Below are positions 18,070 to 26,916 of a DNA stretch of 64,000 nucleotides, piece by piece. The stretch lies in contig JBARQV010000029.1 in NCBI GenBank assembly GCA_049643885.1, forward strand, positions 24,997-88,996. The letters are read 5' to 3'. Within the stretch, counting starts at the first letter, position 1. Each line of letters starts with the position of its first letter. Origin of the DNA: Candidatus Omnitrophota bacterium (GTDB lineage: Bacteria > Omnitrophota > Gorgyraeia > Tantalellales > Tantalellaceae). The notes below the pieces were generated by a model. It was not told the DNA's origin, searched no databases, and worked only from the letters and a program-made list of their open reading frames with translations. Made by a program: the position numbers and the translations under genes.

Positions 18070-18582
18070 CTACTCACTCCTTGTCAACTCCTCGTATACT
18101 TTCAGGTACACGTGATAATCGCTTTCACTGAAACATATATACCTGATCTCGTTAAAATCTTTCTGGAACCTCAACCCTTCTTCAAGAGCTATCCACGTAG
18201 CTTTCTCTACCGGGTACCCGTACACGCCCGTGCTTATCGCCGGAAAAGCAATGGTCCTGAGGCCGTGCTTTATCGCGAGTTTAAAACTGTTTGAATAACA
18301 GTTCGCCAGACTCTCCGCCTCGCCATGTTCCCCTCCCTGCCAAACCGGACCGGGAGTATGGATCACTTTTTTAGCTTTAAGGTTTCCCGCGTTTGTGATC
18401 ACAGCATGGCCGGTGATGCAGCCCCCTATATCCATACACTCTTTGAGCAGGGGAGGACCGGCCGCCCGGTGGACCGCACCGTCGACTCCGCCTCCTCCGC
18501 GAAGACTGGTATTGGCGGCGTTAACTATCACATCAACGTCTTCTTTCGTAATATCGCCCCGCGTGATAATTATTTTGCCCAT
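18070..18582 (-). CDS. Macro domain protein (MacroD/YmdB-like ADP-ribose or O-acetyl-ADP-ribose hydrolase)
   Basis: 170 aa with NAANTSLRGGGGVDGAVHRAAG and a G(I/V)YGYP motif. Confidence 0.85.
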   Translation of the reverse strand: MGKIIITRGDITKEDVDVIVNAANTSLRGGGGVDGAVHRAAGPPLLKECMDIGGCITGHAVITNAGNLKAKKVIHTPGPVWQGGEHGEAESLANCYSNSFKLAIKHGLRTIAFPAISTGVYGYPVEKATWIALEEGLRFQKDFNEIRYICFSESDYHVYLKVYEELTRSE

Positions 18583-18583
18583 C

Positions 18584-19558
18584 TTATCCCCCCAACAGCT
18601 CTTTCGCTGCTTTAAAAACTTCCTCGACAGTAATCCGACTTATGCATCCCTCGTCGGGGCCAATAGAACATAATGCCTTCCCGCAAGGACGGCATGATAG
18701 CAATGGTTTGATGACCTTGCTTTTCTCAGATAAAGGTCCGTACCTTTCTTCGTCAGAAGGTCCGAAAATAGCTACCGTTGCAACGTTGGCCATGCTGGCC
18801 ATATGCAGCGGGGCGCTGTCGTTAGTTATAACCAGGTCGCAGCGCCTCATGATCTCAAAAAGACTGCCCAGGGTCGTCCTGCAACAAAGATCCTGCACCT
18901 TACTTTTAACGGAACTTACCACCTTCCGGACAGTTTCCCTGTCATCCTCATTTCCGCAAACCAGAACATCGCAATCAAGTTCACTCACAAGCCTGTCCGC
19001 AAGAGCGGCGAACTTACCGGAATCCCATCTTTTAAGGTGGCTCTTGGCGCCGGGATTCAAAGTCACAGTTTTCTTTTTGCGTCCGGAAGATAAAACCTGG
19101 TCAGCGAAACGCCTGTCTTCGTCCAAAACGGGGAGAAAAAACCTTATCCTGGAAAAAGGCTCGATCCCGAGCCCCGCGAGTTTCGCAAGATGTTCCTTGC
19201 TTTTATGGCGTCTTCTATTTGAAAGATCGAAAATACCCGTCCTGAAACGGGCGCCGGAAAGATACGGGATAAGTGAATTTTTCAGATCGACCACCATATC
19301 GTATTTCTTACGCCGTATTTCAAGGATATTCTTCAATCTATCTGCTAATGATGAACGTTTTTTGTGCACTTTGACCTCGCGGACCTTGGGATGCGCTGCA
19401 AATATATCCCGTCCCGGGGAACCTGTGATAATGTCAACGCTTGCCCCGGGAAACTCATCACAAAGTTTCTCCAAAACCGGAGTAGTGAGCAGGATATCGC
19501 CGAGATTGCTCAGTGTAATGAATAGAATCGATTTCACGTTGTTTTTATCGGGTTTCAT
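18584..19558 (-). CDS. ADP-heptose:LPS heptosyltransferase family glycosyltransferase (GT9)
   Basis: GT9 fold. The start is probably MKPDKNNVKSILFI. The ORF-track N-terminus (to 19675) is read-through of repeat copy 2. Confidence 0.8.
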   Translation of the reverse strand: MKPDKNNVKSILFITLSNLGDILLTTPVLEKLCDEFPGASVDIITGSPGRDIFAAHPKVREVKVHKKRSSLADRLKNILEIRRKKYDMVVDLKNSLIPYLSGARFRTGIFDLSNRRRHKSKEHLAKLAGLGIEPFSRIRFFLPVLDEDRRFADQVLSSGRKKKTVTLNPGAKSHLKRWDSGKFAALADRLVSELDCDVLVCGNEDDRETVRKVVSSVKSKVQDLCCRTTLGSLFEIMRRCDLVITNDSAPLHMASMANVATVAIFGPSDEERYGPLSEKSKVIKPLLSCRPCGKALCSIGPDEGCISRITVEEVFKAAKELLGG

Positions 19559-19577
19559 GTCTAATCCAGTCTCAATT

Positions 19578-19665
19578 GGGCGGGGCCTGTCGCTCAGTGT
19601 CCTGCGCGCCTCCGCGCCACTGGCTTGTGCGGTGCTCGGACACTGCCGCGCCACCCGCCCCCCCC
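19578..19665. repeat. GC-rich structured element, family 1 copy 2, in the 5' leader of a second GT9 gene.
   Basis: About 90% identity to 17777-17866, including the flanking TTGGAT. Confidence 0.7.
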
Positions 19666-19682
19666 AATGATCCAACTACAAA

Positions 19683-20699
19683 CTACTTTAGTACTTTTCT
19701 CACCGCGTCCAGCACTTTCTCCACCGTTATCTTTCTCATGCAAATATAATCTTTATCGCAATTCTCCACATAACAGGGCACTTCACAATCAACATCCTCG
19801 GCAATGACAATGTTACTTCCTCTTCCCCTGGGACCGGTGATATTGTAAGAGGTCGGCCCAAAAAGTCCGATGGTAGAAACACCTACAGCCGAAGCTAGAT
19901 GAAGCGGGCCGGAATCAGCGCTGATAACAAGGTCACTCTTCTTAAAAAGAACGGCCAGCTCGTTAAGTCTTGTTCTGCCGGCAGTCGTATAACATTTGTC
20001 ATTCCCGACCTTCTCTACGATATTATTACAAAGTTCGACATCTTTGGCGGCCCCCGATATCATGACTTCGACGTCTTCAAAAGAAGCCAGGATCTTTTTT
20101 GCCAGGGCAACAAAATTATCCGCGGGCCATCTCTTAGGCTCCCAGTTGGCGCCCGGGTTGATCGTCACTGTCCGGTACTGGCCTCCTCCAAGCTCATGAA
20201 GCAAGGCGTCCGCCCGCTCCCTGTCCTCGACGCTGGTGAAATATTCGTATGTACCGTCCGCCCGCGTCACGTCCGCTGGACCGGCCAGTGCCAGGATCTG
20301 GTCCACGCGGTGCAGGTTCCCTGAAGGCATTTCAACTTCTTCGGTCAACGGAGCCTTTTTCCCTGCGAACCCTATACGTTCAGGGATCCCGGCCAAAAGA
20401 GCCATTACCGTTTTTGTCGCCGAGGGTTTAAGAAAAAAACACGTATCGTAATCTTCTTTCCGGATCATGCTGATAAACGCAAGCTTCTCTCCCAATGAAG
20501 TGACGCGGTTATCATCCGAAAGCGCATGGACGCAATTTACCCAGGGGTTATTAGCCAGCAGCTCAACATACCGGGGCACTACAACGCAGGATATATAGGC
20601 ATCCGGGAATGCTTTCCTGATAGCCCGTATGAACGGAAATGAAAACAGGATATCACCCATCCAGTTAAGCTCAAAAATAAGTATCCTCTTACCGATCAT
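19683..20699 (-). CDS. ADP-heptose:LPS heptosyltransferase family glycosyltransferase (GT9)
   Basis: 338 aa of GT9 type, including a CEVPCYVENC-like C-terminal motif. Confidence 0.8.
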   Translation of the reverse strand: MIGKRILIFELNWMGDILFSFPFIRAIRKAFPDAYISCVVVPRYVELLANNPWVNCVHALSDDNRVTSLGEKLAFISMIRKEDYDTCFFLKPSATKTVMALLAGIPERIGFAGKKAPLTEEVEMPSGNLHRVDQILALAGPADVTRADGTYEYFTSVEDRERADALLHELGGGQYRTVTINPGANWEPKRWPADNFVALAKKILASFEDVEVMISGAAKDVELCNNIVEKVGNDKCYTTAGRTRLNELAVLFKKSDLVISADSGPLHLASAVGVSTIGLFGPTSYNITGPRGRGSNIVIAEDVDCEVPCYVENCDKDYICMRKITVEKVLDAVRKVLK

Positions 20700-20715
20700 A
20701 ACCGATTTCTAATTT

Positions 20716-21819
20716 CTATTTTGTAACTACTTTCTCATACACATTGATCGTCTTCCTCACGCTGTCTTCTATCGAAAATTCGCTCAACGCCTTTTTGCGC
20801 GCTTCCTGCCCGATCCGTTTCCGGAGCTGGTCGTCTTCCGCCAGTCTCATTATACCCCGGCTTAAAGCCTCCGGGTCCTTCGGCGGAACCAATATCCCGT
20901 CCTCTTCCGGAGTGATCAGTTCAACCGGTCCGCCGATACTACTGGCAACGCAAGCCCGGCCGGCAGCCATGGCTTCCATCAGCGATAGTCCCAGCCCCTC
21001 GGATACGGAAGGCAAGCAAAAAATATCCATAAGTAATAAAAATTTTCCCAGCGGCGCTTCTTTTCCACTGGCAAAAAATACATTATCGGAGACGCCTTCG
21101 CGCAAGACTTGCTCTTCCAGAGACGCTTTTTCAGGCCCCTCCCCCACGAGAAGAAGCTGCATCCGTGAATCCCTGTCCATCGCCTTTTTAAAAGCACTGA
21201 CAAGATAATTCAACCCCTTCACAGGGGAAAGCCGTCCGACCGCTCCCACCAGAAGAACTTCCTTTGACAACCCGATGTTCCTTAAAAGCCTGTCGTCTTT
21301 TTCGCCGATATCTGAATAACGGCCTGTTTCTACGCCGTTATATACCAGTTGGACCCTGTCGCCGGGAAGACGAAAATCCCCGATAAGATGCTTGCGCACG
21401 CTATCACTTATGGCTATCACTTTCCGTCCCCAGCACGGGAAAAGCTTTCTTCCCAGCCTGTGGTGTTTGAAAAAACCGTGGCATGTTGAGATAAAAGGAA
21501 CGCCGGTTTTACGCTCCACGAGGCAGCCAAGAACCTGCGCGACCCTGGTCTGCGCGTGGACAATATCGAACCCCTCCGCTTTCACCATTCGGGATAAAAG
21601 ATGAGAAGCCTTCCAGACCTTCAAGCCGAATTCAGACTTGGTCTTTATGTCTAGGGTCAGGTGGGGAATGATGTTATCCACTAATACCTTTTTCATGTCC
21701 CCGCCGCCGGATGCGACGGTTACATCCACTCCAGCCTTTTTCAGATACCTGGCCAGGCTCACGGTGTAAACGGCTATGCCGCCGGTATTCAAATGCGTGG
21801 TCAGAAGCAATACCTTCAT
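20716..21819 (-). CDS. Glycosyltransferase family 4 (RfaG/WaaG-like)
   Basis: 367 aa, GT4 GT-B fold, with an EGLGLSLMEAMAAG motif. Confidence 0.8.
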   Translation of the reverse strand: MKVLLLTTHLNTGGIAVYTVSLARYLKKAGVDVTVASGGGDMKKVLVDNIIPHLTLDIKTKSEFGLKVWKASHLLSRMVKAEGFDIVHAQTRVAQVLGCLVERKTGVPFISTCHGFFKHHRLGRKLFPCWGRKVIAISDSVRKHLIGDFRLPGDRVQLVYNGVETGRYSDIGEKDDRLLRNIGLSKEVLLVGAVGRLSPVKGLNYLVSAFKKAMDRDSRMQLLLVGEGPEKASLEEQVLREGVSDNVFFASGKEAPLGKFLLLMDIFCLPSVSEGLGLSLMEAMAAGRACVASSIGGPVELITPEEDGILVPPKDPEALSRGIMRLAEDDQLRKRIGQEARKKALSEFSIEDSVRKTINVYEKVVTK

Positions 21820-23909
21820 CTCATCACTTCCATTACCGCGTTAAAAACTTCCTGCGGCTCAACTGAACTTATACACTTCACTCCCTTGCGGCACACCGGC
21901 TTGTAACAGGGCGAGCACTTTATCTTTTTATATATGACCCTGCATTTTTTCGCCGGCGGGAGGTGCTTGTCAGGATCAGTCGGACCGAAAATGGCCACGA
22001 ACGGCGTCCCGGTCGCTATCGCGACATGCATGGGAGAACTGTCACCTGTCACCAGCGCGTTGCACCGTTTAACAAGACTCACCAGCCGCGCAATATTCGT
22101 CTTGCCCACGGCGTTGATGGGTTTGGCCGTGGTCATCTTCATGAATTCCTGCGCTTTCCTCTCATCGTCTTTTGTCCCGAGAAGGACGACCCGCGTCCCT
22201 TCCTTCTCGGCAAGAAGTTCTGTCAGCTCTACCATCTTTTCCGGTTCCCAGTTCTTCGTCTTCCACCTTCGACTGGCGGAAAGACTGAGGGCTACCAGCT
22301 TCTGGTCTTTTTTTAGCCAGTTATCTCTCAAGAAACTTTCCGCCCAGACCCCGCTTTTGCTGTCTTCCCATAACTCGAGATCATGTTCCAGGTTCATTAT
22401 GCCCAAAAGCCCCAAAACGCGGGCCTGATGTTTTATCGGTTCCACCGACTTATCAGGCAGGCTGATCTTATGATTCAAAAGAAAACTCAGCTTACGGTTA
22501 TCATACCCATATCTTCCGGGGATGCCGCTCAAAAAAGCCAGCAAATGGCTTTTCCGGTTATTCTGCAGATCTATGGAGATATCGAATTCTTCCGAGCACA
22601 ACCTTCTGGCCAGGGCCAGGAACCCGGGGCCCCGGTCCCGTCCCCTGAAATCACAGGTCAGAACATCGTCTATGTACGGACAATGATCGAGGACCTCCCT
22701 GAACCTGACATCTACCAGGACTTTTATCTCGGCTTTCTTGAATTTGTTCCTCATGGCTTTGAGCGAAGGAATACTCAGGATCACGTCTCCGAGGGCGCTT
22801 ATCTTGAACACAAGTATTCTCTTTGTCTCCAGGACCTGTCTATACGTCTCCAGGGTCATGTCCATTACTTTGGATAATGAAAAATTTTCCTCGACGCGTT
22901 TCCTGGCATTCTGGGCTATTTTCTGCATCAGCCCGGGATCATCCAGGTAACCCATGATCTTTTCCGCCATATCACTCGGGTTGCCTGGTTCGCATAAAAG
23001 GCCGGTAACGCCGTCATCAATGTTCTCCGCCGCGCCGCCGACCCGGGTAGCGACAACCGGGACTCCTCTGGCCATGGCTTCTATTATCGACCGGCCGAAT
23101 GCTTCCTGCTCCTTGTTCGCTGAAACAAGGATGTCGACTTCCTTAAGGACCTCTGCCACGTCTTTGCCGCTTTCAATGAACTTTACGTTCCCTTCAAGCG
23201 TAAAACGCCGTATGGCAAAGTCGATCTTCTTCATGTAATCACTGCCGGCAGAATACCGGTCCCCCATAAGTATTATTTCGACGTTGTTCTTCTTCCTTAA
23301 AACACGGGAAGCAGCCTTCAGGAAGTCAAGGTGCCCTTTCAGCGGGACAAAACGTGATATCATGGCTACCCGGAAAACCTTGTCTTTTCTGCTTGAGGGA
23401 GAGATGAAAGAATACTTTTCCAGGTCCACTCCTCTCGGAATGATCTTCATCTTCCCCGGCTGGACACCAAAATTATCTTTCATGTGCCGGGCCATCATTT
23501 CGCCGGCCACGATGACTACCCTGCCCCATCCCATCACCCGGCTGATAAGATGCTTCTTGTAATGCCCGTGCGCAGTGGTCACGAACTTCCTCCGCGTGGA
23601 ACGAGCGGCAAAATACCCGGTAAGGGCGGGAATCCTGCTCCTAGCATGGACTATATCGATATTCTCCCGCCTGATTATTCCGCGTAATTTAAAATAGCAA
23701 TAGACCATGGTGAAAGGATTCTTGCGGCCTACCGGCAGAATATACTGCCGCGCGCCGATGGCGGCAAGATCCCGTTCCAATCTTCCTCCCCCGGAAACGA
23801 CCACGGCCTTATGGCCGTTTAATGCGAGGTGCCTGGCGACTTCGACAGTGCTCTTCTCAACACCGCCGATATCCAGTTTTGGAACTAATTGTAATACGTT
23901 CATAGCCAT
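21816..23909 (-). CDS. Bifunctional glycosyltransferase: N-terminal GT4 domain fused to a C-terminal GT9 heptosyltransferase-like domain.
   Basis: 697 aa. Residues 1 to about 350 are GT4-like (EAFGRSIIEAMARGVPVV). Residues from about 355 to 697 are GT9-like (ILVFKISALGDVILSIP ... CSPCYKPVC). Confidence 0.75.
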   Translation of the reverse strand: MAMNVLQLVPKLDIGGVEKSTVEVARHLALNGHKAVVVSGGGRLERDLAAIGARQYILPVGRKNPFTMVYCYFKLRGIIRRENIDIVHARSRIPALTGYFAARSTRRKFVTTAHGHYKKHLISRVMGWGRVVIVAGEMMARHMKDNFGVQPGKMKIIPRGVDLEKYSFISPSSRKDKVFRVAMISRFVPLKGHLDFLKAASRVLRKKNNVEIILMGDRYSAGSDYMKKIDFAIRRFTLEGNVKFIESGKDVAEVLKEVDILVSANKEQEAFGRSIIEAMARGVPVVATRVGGAAENIDDGVTGLLCEPGNPSDMAEKIMGYLDDPGLMQKIAQNARKRVEENFSLSKVMDMTLETYRQVLETKRILVFKISALGDVILSIPSLKAMRNKFKKAEIKVLVDVRFREVLDHCPYIDDVLTCDFRGRDRGPGFLALARRLCSEEFDISIDLQNNRKSHLLAFLSGIPGRYGYDNRKLSFLLNHKISLPDKSVEPIKHQARVLGLLGIMNLEHDLELWEDSKSGVWAESFLRDNWLKKDQKLVALSLSASRRWKTKNWEPEKMVELTELLAEKEGTRVVLLGTKDDERKAQEFMKMTTAKPINAVGKTNIARLVSLVKRCNALVTGDSSPMHVAIATGTPFVAIFGPTDPDKHLPPAKKCRVIYKKIKCSPCYKPVCRKGVKCISSVEPQEVFNAVMEVMR

Positions 23910-23912
23910 CCT

Positions 23913-23960
23913 CTACAGGCTTACGCCTGTAGTATCCATTCCCCCCACGAAAGTGTGGGG
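23913..23960. repeat. Bipartite hairpin element, family 3 copy b: CTACAGGC-TTAC-GCCTGTAG followed by GTATCCATTCCCCCCAC-GAAAGT-GTGGGG.
   Basis: It shares the GTATCCATTCCCC core and the two-hairpin layout with 10323-10370, and sits directly upstream of the ATG of the GT4-GT9 gene. Confidence 0.6.
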
Positions 23961-25901
23961 TCAAAATAGTTTGTACATTTTTTCCAGAATACGTTTGTCG
24001 TCTTCCGGCAAAACGTGTTCGATCTTGCCATTAATATAATTTTCCGCCGCTTCGGGTATACGCTCGGGATCGACGACTTTAAGATACTTCTTCTTCTCAA
24101 GACCCCTGACAAACCTTTCGTACTTTGTCAGGCGGCTCTTTTTCTTGTCCGGCATGAACACCAGAACCGGCTTACCGGAAGAGACGGCTTCCGAGACCAT
24201 TGAAATACTCTCACCCGAAACAACTACCACGTCGCTGAAAGCAAGTATCTTTTCCACGGTGTGCTTGTCCGGGTCATCCTTACCGGAAACAAACTTTAGA
24301 CAACGGGGGTAACCTCCGAAAGTTTCCTTGATAACAGCCTCGGCCGCGTCAGGTGTTCTCCTGGAGGTCGTCACGTAAAAAAACCCGTCCACCCGTTCGC
24401 CTGCTCCTTTGATGCCAGAGACCACCGAGCGCATAAGCCCTTCCCCGAAACTGAAATACTGATTGTCTCCTCCGAGCAGCACCCCTATGCGCGCTCCCTC
24501 CTTCGCTTCTTGCTCTTGCCCGGACCGGGTGCCCCATGAAGCGATCTCATCGGGCTCAATGGAATTCGGAGCAAGGTCCGTCATAATGACATTCTCTCCC
24601 TTGATCTTCCTGGCAAGACAATCGTGCCTGGGGATCACTACAAGGTCGAATTTCCTGCGGCTCCAGGCCCCGGGATCCAGGACAGCAAGGTTACGGGCGT
24701 TGTTTTCTATCTTCAAGAACAGATTCACTCCGGACAAGGTCGAACCGCAGCTGATAACGACATCCGCGTAACGGCCCACCGCCTCCTCGTAGCTTTTTCT
24801 TTCCAGAAACCAGGAAAGACGTCTTGCCTCGCCCTGGCAATCAAAGGTAAAAAGCGGATTCAAAAGATTGAACACGGCCTTGGCGAACTTGTTCTTGAAT
24901 CTGATCTCGACGATATCCACCTGGGTCTGGTCGGGTGAAAAACCTTCGTTTTCGCGATAACGCTTAAGCTGCTTTACCACCGCGAGAGACTGTTTCAGGT
25001 GCCCTTTCTTTCCGTCATCGAGGACCAGTATCTTTTTCACTGGGGTAAGCTTCCACTTCTTATGCATCCAGAACCATTGCTCCGGATGTTCTCTGACGTG
25101 CTTTTCAAGAAGACGGTGGTATTCTTCCATATAAGGCACAATGTCTTCTTTTTTGCCTATTATCATCGGTTTTTCCAGGATTATCTTTTGATATGGGCCT
25201 TTGATCCTGTGAATAAAAGCCGGTACGACCCAGGCCCCGCTTGACTGGGCGAAACGGAAAGGACCCACGGCAGTTGACGCGGGACGGTCGAAAAGTTCCA
25301 AAAGTTTACCGTTTTGGCCTGCATTCTGGTCTCCCAATAACCCCACGCCGCCTCCATTTCGCAGGATACGGAAAACATTTTTTATATCCATACCTTTCCG
25401 AATAACAAAATTGCCTTTTGACTCGCGCAATAAGTTAAAAAGCTCATTAAGGCGTTTCATCTTCTGATCCCTTGCCACAAGATGAAGTGGATACCCGTTC
25501 ATCACGCTTTCCACGCACATCAGCTCCCAGTTACCAAAATGCGCAGAAATTAGCAGCATCCCGTTCGGGTTTTTTGCCGCCTGATCAATATACTCCCTGT
25601 TTTGAGTTTCGATGTATTTGTCAAGATAAGCTTTATCCACTTTCGTCATTGAAATCAATTCAATCAAAGTCTGGCCCGCGTTCCTGTAAACTTCCTTTGT
25701 AAGGCGTTTTATTTCCAGCGGGCTTTTCCCCCGCCAAAAAGCAGCCTTGAGATTGGCATAAGTTATTCTTTTCCTTTTGCCGTTCAGGTAATACGCAAGA
25801 TTTCCGAGGTTGCGTCCAACCCAAAGGTTAAACCTCATCGGCATCAGATGAAAAATTTTATTAGCCCCTATCGCCAGATATGACGCTATTAAGTCTATCA
25901 A
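23961..25901 (-). CDS. Lipid A late acyltransferase (LpxL/HtrB family, N-terminal about 300 aa) fused to an uncharacterised C-terminal domain of about 340 aa, possibly a GT-B-like ELM1/DUF1022-like domain.
   Basis: The N-terminal half has the LpxL hallmarks HFGNWE and EQWFWMHKKWK. The C-terminal half begins ILVLDDGKKGHLKQSLAVV, has Rossmann-like segments (VVVVSGESISMVSEAVSSGKPVLVF) and no P-loop. The ELM1-like assignment is from memory, so its confidence is moderate. Confidence 0.65.
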   Translation of the reverse strand: MIDLIASYLAIGANKIFHLMPMRFNLWVGRNLGNLAYYLNGKRKRITYANLKAAFWRGKSPLEIKRLTKEVYRNAGQTLIELISMTKVDKAYLDKYIETQNREYIDQAAKNPNGMLLISAHFGNWELMCVESVMNGYPLHLVARDQKMKRLNELFNLLRESKGNFVIRKGMDIKNVFRILRNGGGVGLLGDQNAGQNGKLLELFDRPASTAVGPFRFAQSSGAWVVPAFIHRIKGPYQKIILEKPMIIGKKEDIVPYMEEYHRLLEKHVREHPEQWFWMHKKWKLTPVKKILVLDDGKKGHLKQSLAVVKQLKRYRENEGFSPDQTQVDIVEIRFKNKFAKAVFNLLNPLFTFDCQGEARRLSWFLERKSYEEAVGRYADVVISCGSTLSGVNLFLKIENNARNLAVLDPGAWSRRKFDLVVIPRHDCLARKIKGENVIMTDLAPNSIEPDEIASWGTRSGQEQEAKEGARIGVLLGGDNQYFSFGEGLMRSVVSGIKGAGERVDGFFYVTTSRRTPDAAEAVIKETFGGYPRCLKFVSGKDDPDKHTVEKILAFSDVVVVSGESISMVSEAVSSGKPVLVFMPDKKKSRLTKYERFVRGLEKKKYLKVVDPERIPEAAENYINGKIEHVLPEDDKRILEKMYKLF

Positions 25902-26916
25902 CTAAAGCCTCCTTGCCTTCGACAATATCCATCTCGATGTCCAAAACGAGCAATCTTTCTTCGATAGCTGAAAGGTCTAATGCCCGCATTTTTACATAAT
26001 CCTTTTTTGTGGTGACTATGCTGTCGATCCCGCTGTTGCGGCAATCGGCGCTGATCCTGTCGATATCTTTCTGATTATAACTATGATGGTCGGCATAATC
26101 ATGCCGCAGGACCGGCAATGCCCCGAGATCCTCTACGGCGCGGACAAAATATCCAGGGTCCGCTATGCCGCTTATCAGGCATGCTTTCTGTCCTTTCAGG
26201 GTTTCCGCGGAATAGACCGCCCCCGTCACATCGTTCAGAAAGGTCGGCCTGTGCCTGGCAGTAACGATCAGCTTCCCCGGAAAGCTGTTCTGCAGCTTCC
26301 GGATGATATCATTTTTCCCCTTATCGTCCATCTTATCTATTTTCGACAAGACCAGGATATCAGCCCGCTTTAAAGAAGATACCGGCTCCCTCAATATCCC
26401 CCTGGGGAAAAGATACCCATCACCGAAAACCGAACCGCTGTCAAGCATCACGATACTCAGGTCTCGGCCGATCCTCCGGTGCTGGAACCCGTCATCAAGA
26501 ACGAGAATGTCTCTTCCGTCCCTGGCGGCCGCTAAAGCACTGGCCACCCTGTCCTGTCCCGAGAAAACCGGCACTTCCGGCATCTCGTCTCGGAGCATCC
26601 TTCTCTCGTCATCCCCGTATCCTCTTATAAGCACAGCGGGCTTTTTTCCGGAAGACGAAAGATAATTCGCAAGAAATATCGTAAAGGGAGTCTTGCCGGT
26701 CCCGCCCAGGGTGATATTGCCCACACTGATGACGGGGATATTTTTTATCTTGTGAACGCGCCTTAACCCTGACCGGTAAGCCCAGTCCACGATCCTTATC
26801 GCCAGAGCATAGACCCAGGACAAGACGCGCAGCACTGACCTTAAAAGTGCGGCGACAAAACCCTTCTTCTGGCCCCTCATGACAGACAGCATGTACATTT
26901 TAAATGCGGAACTCAT
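25861..26916 (-). CDS. lpxK: Tetraacyldisaccharide 4'-kinase
   Basis: P-loop VGNITLGGTGKTP with an N-terminal membrane helix. Confidence 0.85.
   Translation of the reverse strand: MSSAFKMYMLSVMRGQKKGFVAALLRSVLRVLSWVYALAIRIVDWAYRSGLRRVHKIKNIPVISVGNITLGGTGKTPFTIFLANYLSSSGKKPAVLIRGYGDDERRMLRDEMPEVPVFSGQDRVASALAAARDGRDILVLDDGFQHRRIGRDLSIVMLDSGSVFGDGYLFPRGILREPVSSLKRADILVLSKIDKMDDKGKNDIIRKLQNSFPGKLIVTARHRPTFLNDVTGAVYSAETLKGQKACLISGIADPGYFVRAVEDLGALPVLRHDYADHHSYNQKDIDRISADCRNSGIDSIVTTKKDYVKMRALDLSAIEERLLVLDIEMDIVEGKEALVDRLNSVISGDRG

Noticed and set aside
18642-19670. Long plus-strand ORFs (for example 18642-19670 at 342 aa, 45280-46362 at 360 aa, 40647-41576 at 309 aa, 15624-16271, 34125-34847)
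   Set aside because: Each lies fully antisense to a minus-strand gene with clear family-level homology. Their compositions are low-complexity (Ser/Arg/Pro-rich) with no recognisable domains. They are shadow ORFs, typical of moderately GC-rich DNA.
19559-19675. N-terminal extensions of the ORF-track proteins (GT9 at 18584-19675, tsaE to 44292, thiL to 45286, GT9 to 17773, queF to 10356, TatD-rSAM to 49031)
   Set aside because: The extra residues come from translating through GC-rich repeat elements or neighbouring genes. In each case a downstream ATG with a plausible SD and a conserved family N-terminus is the more likely start.
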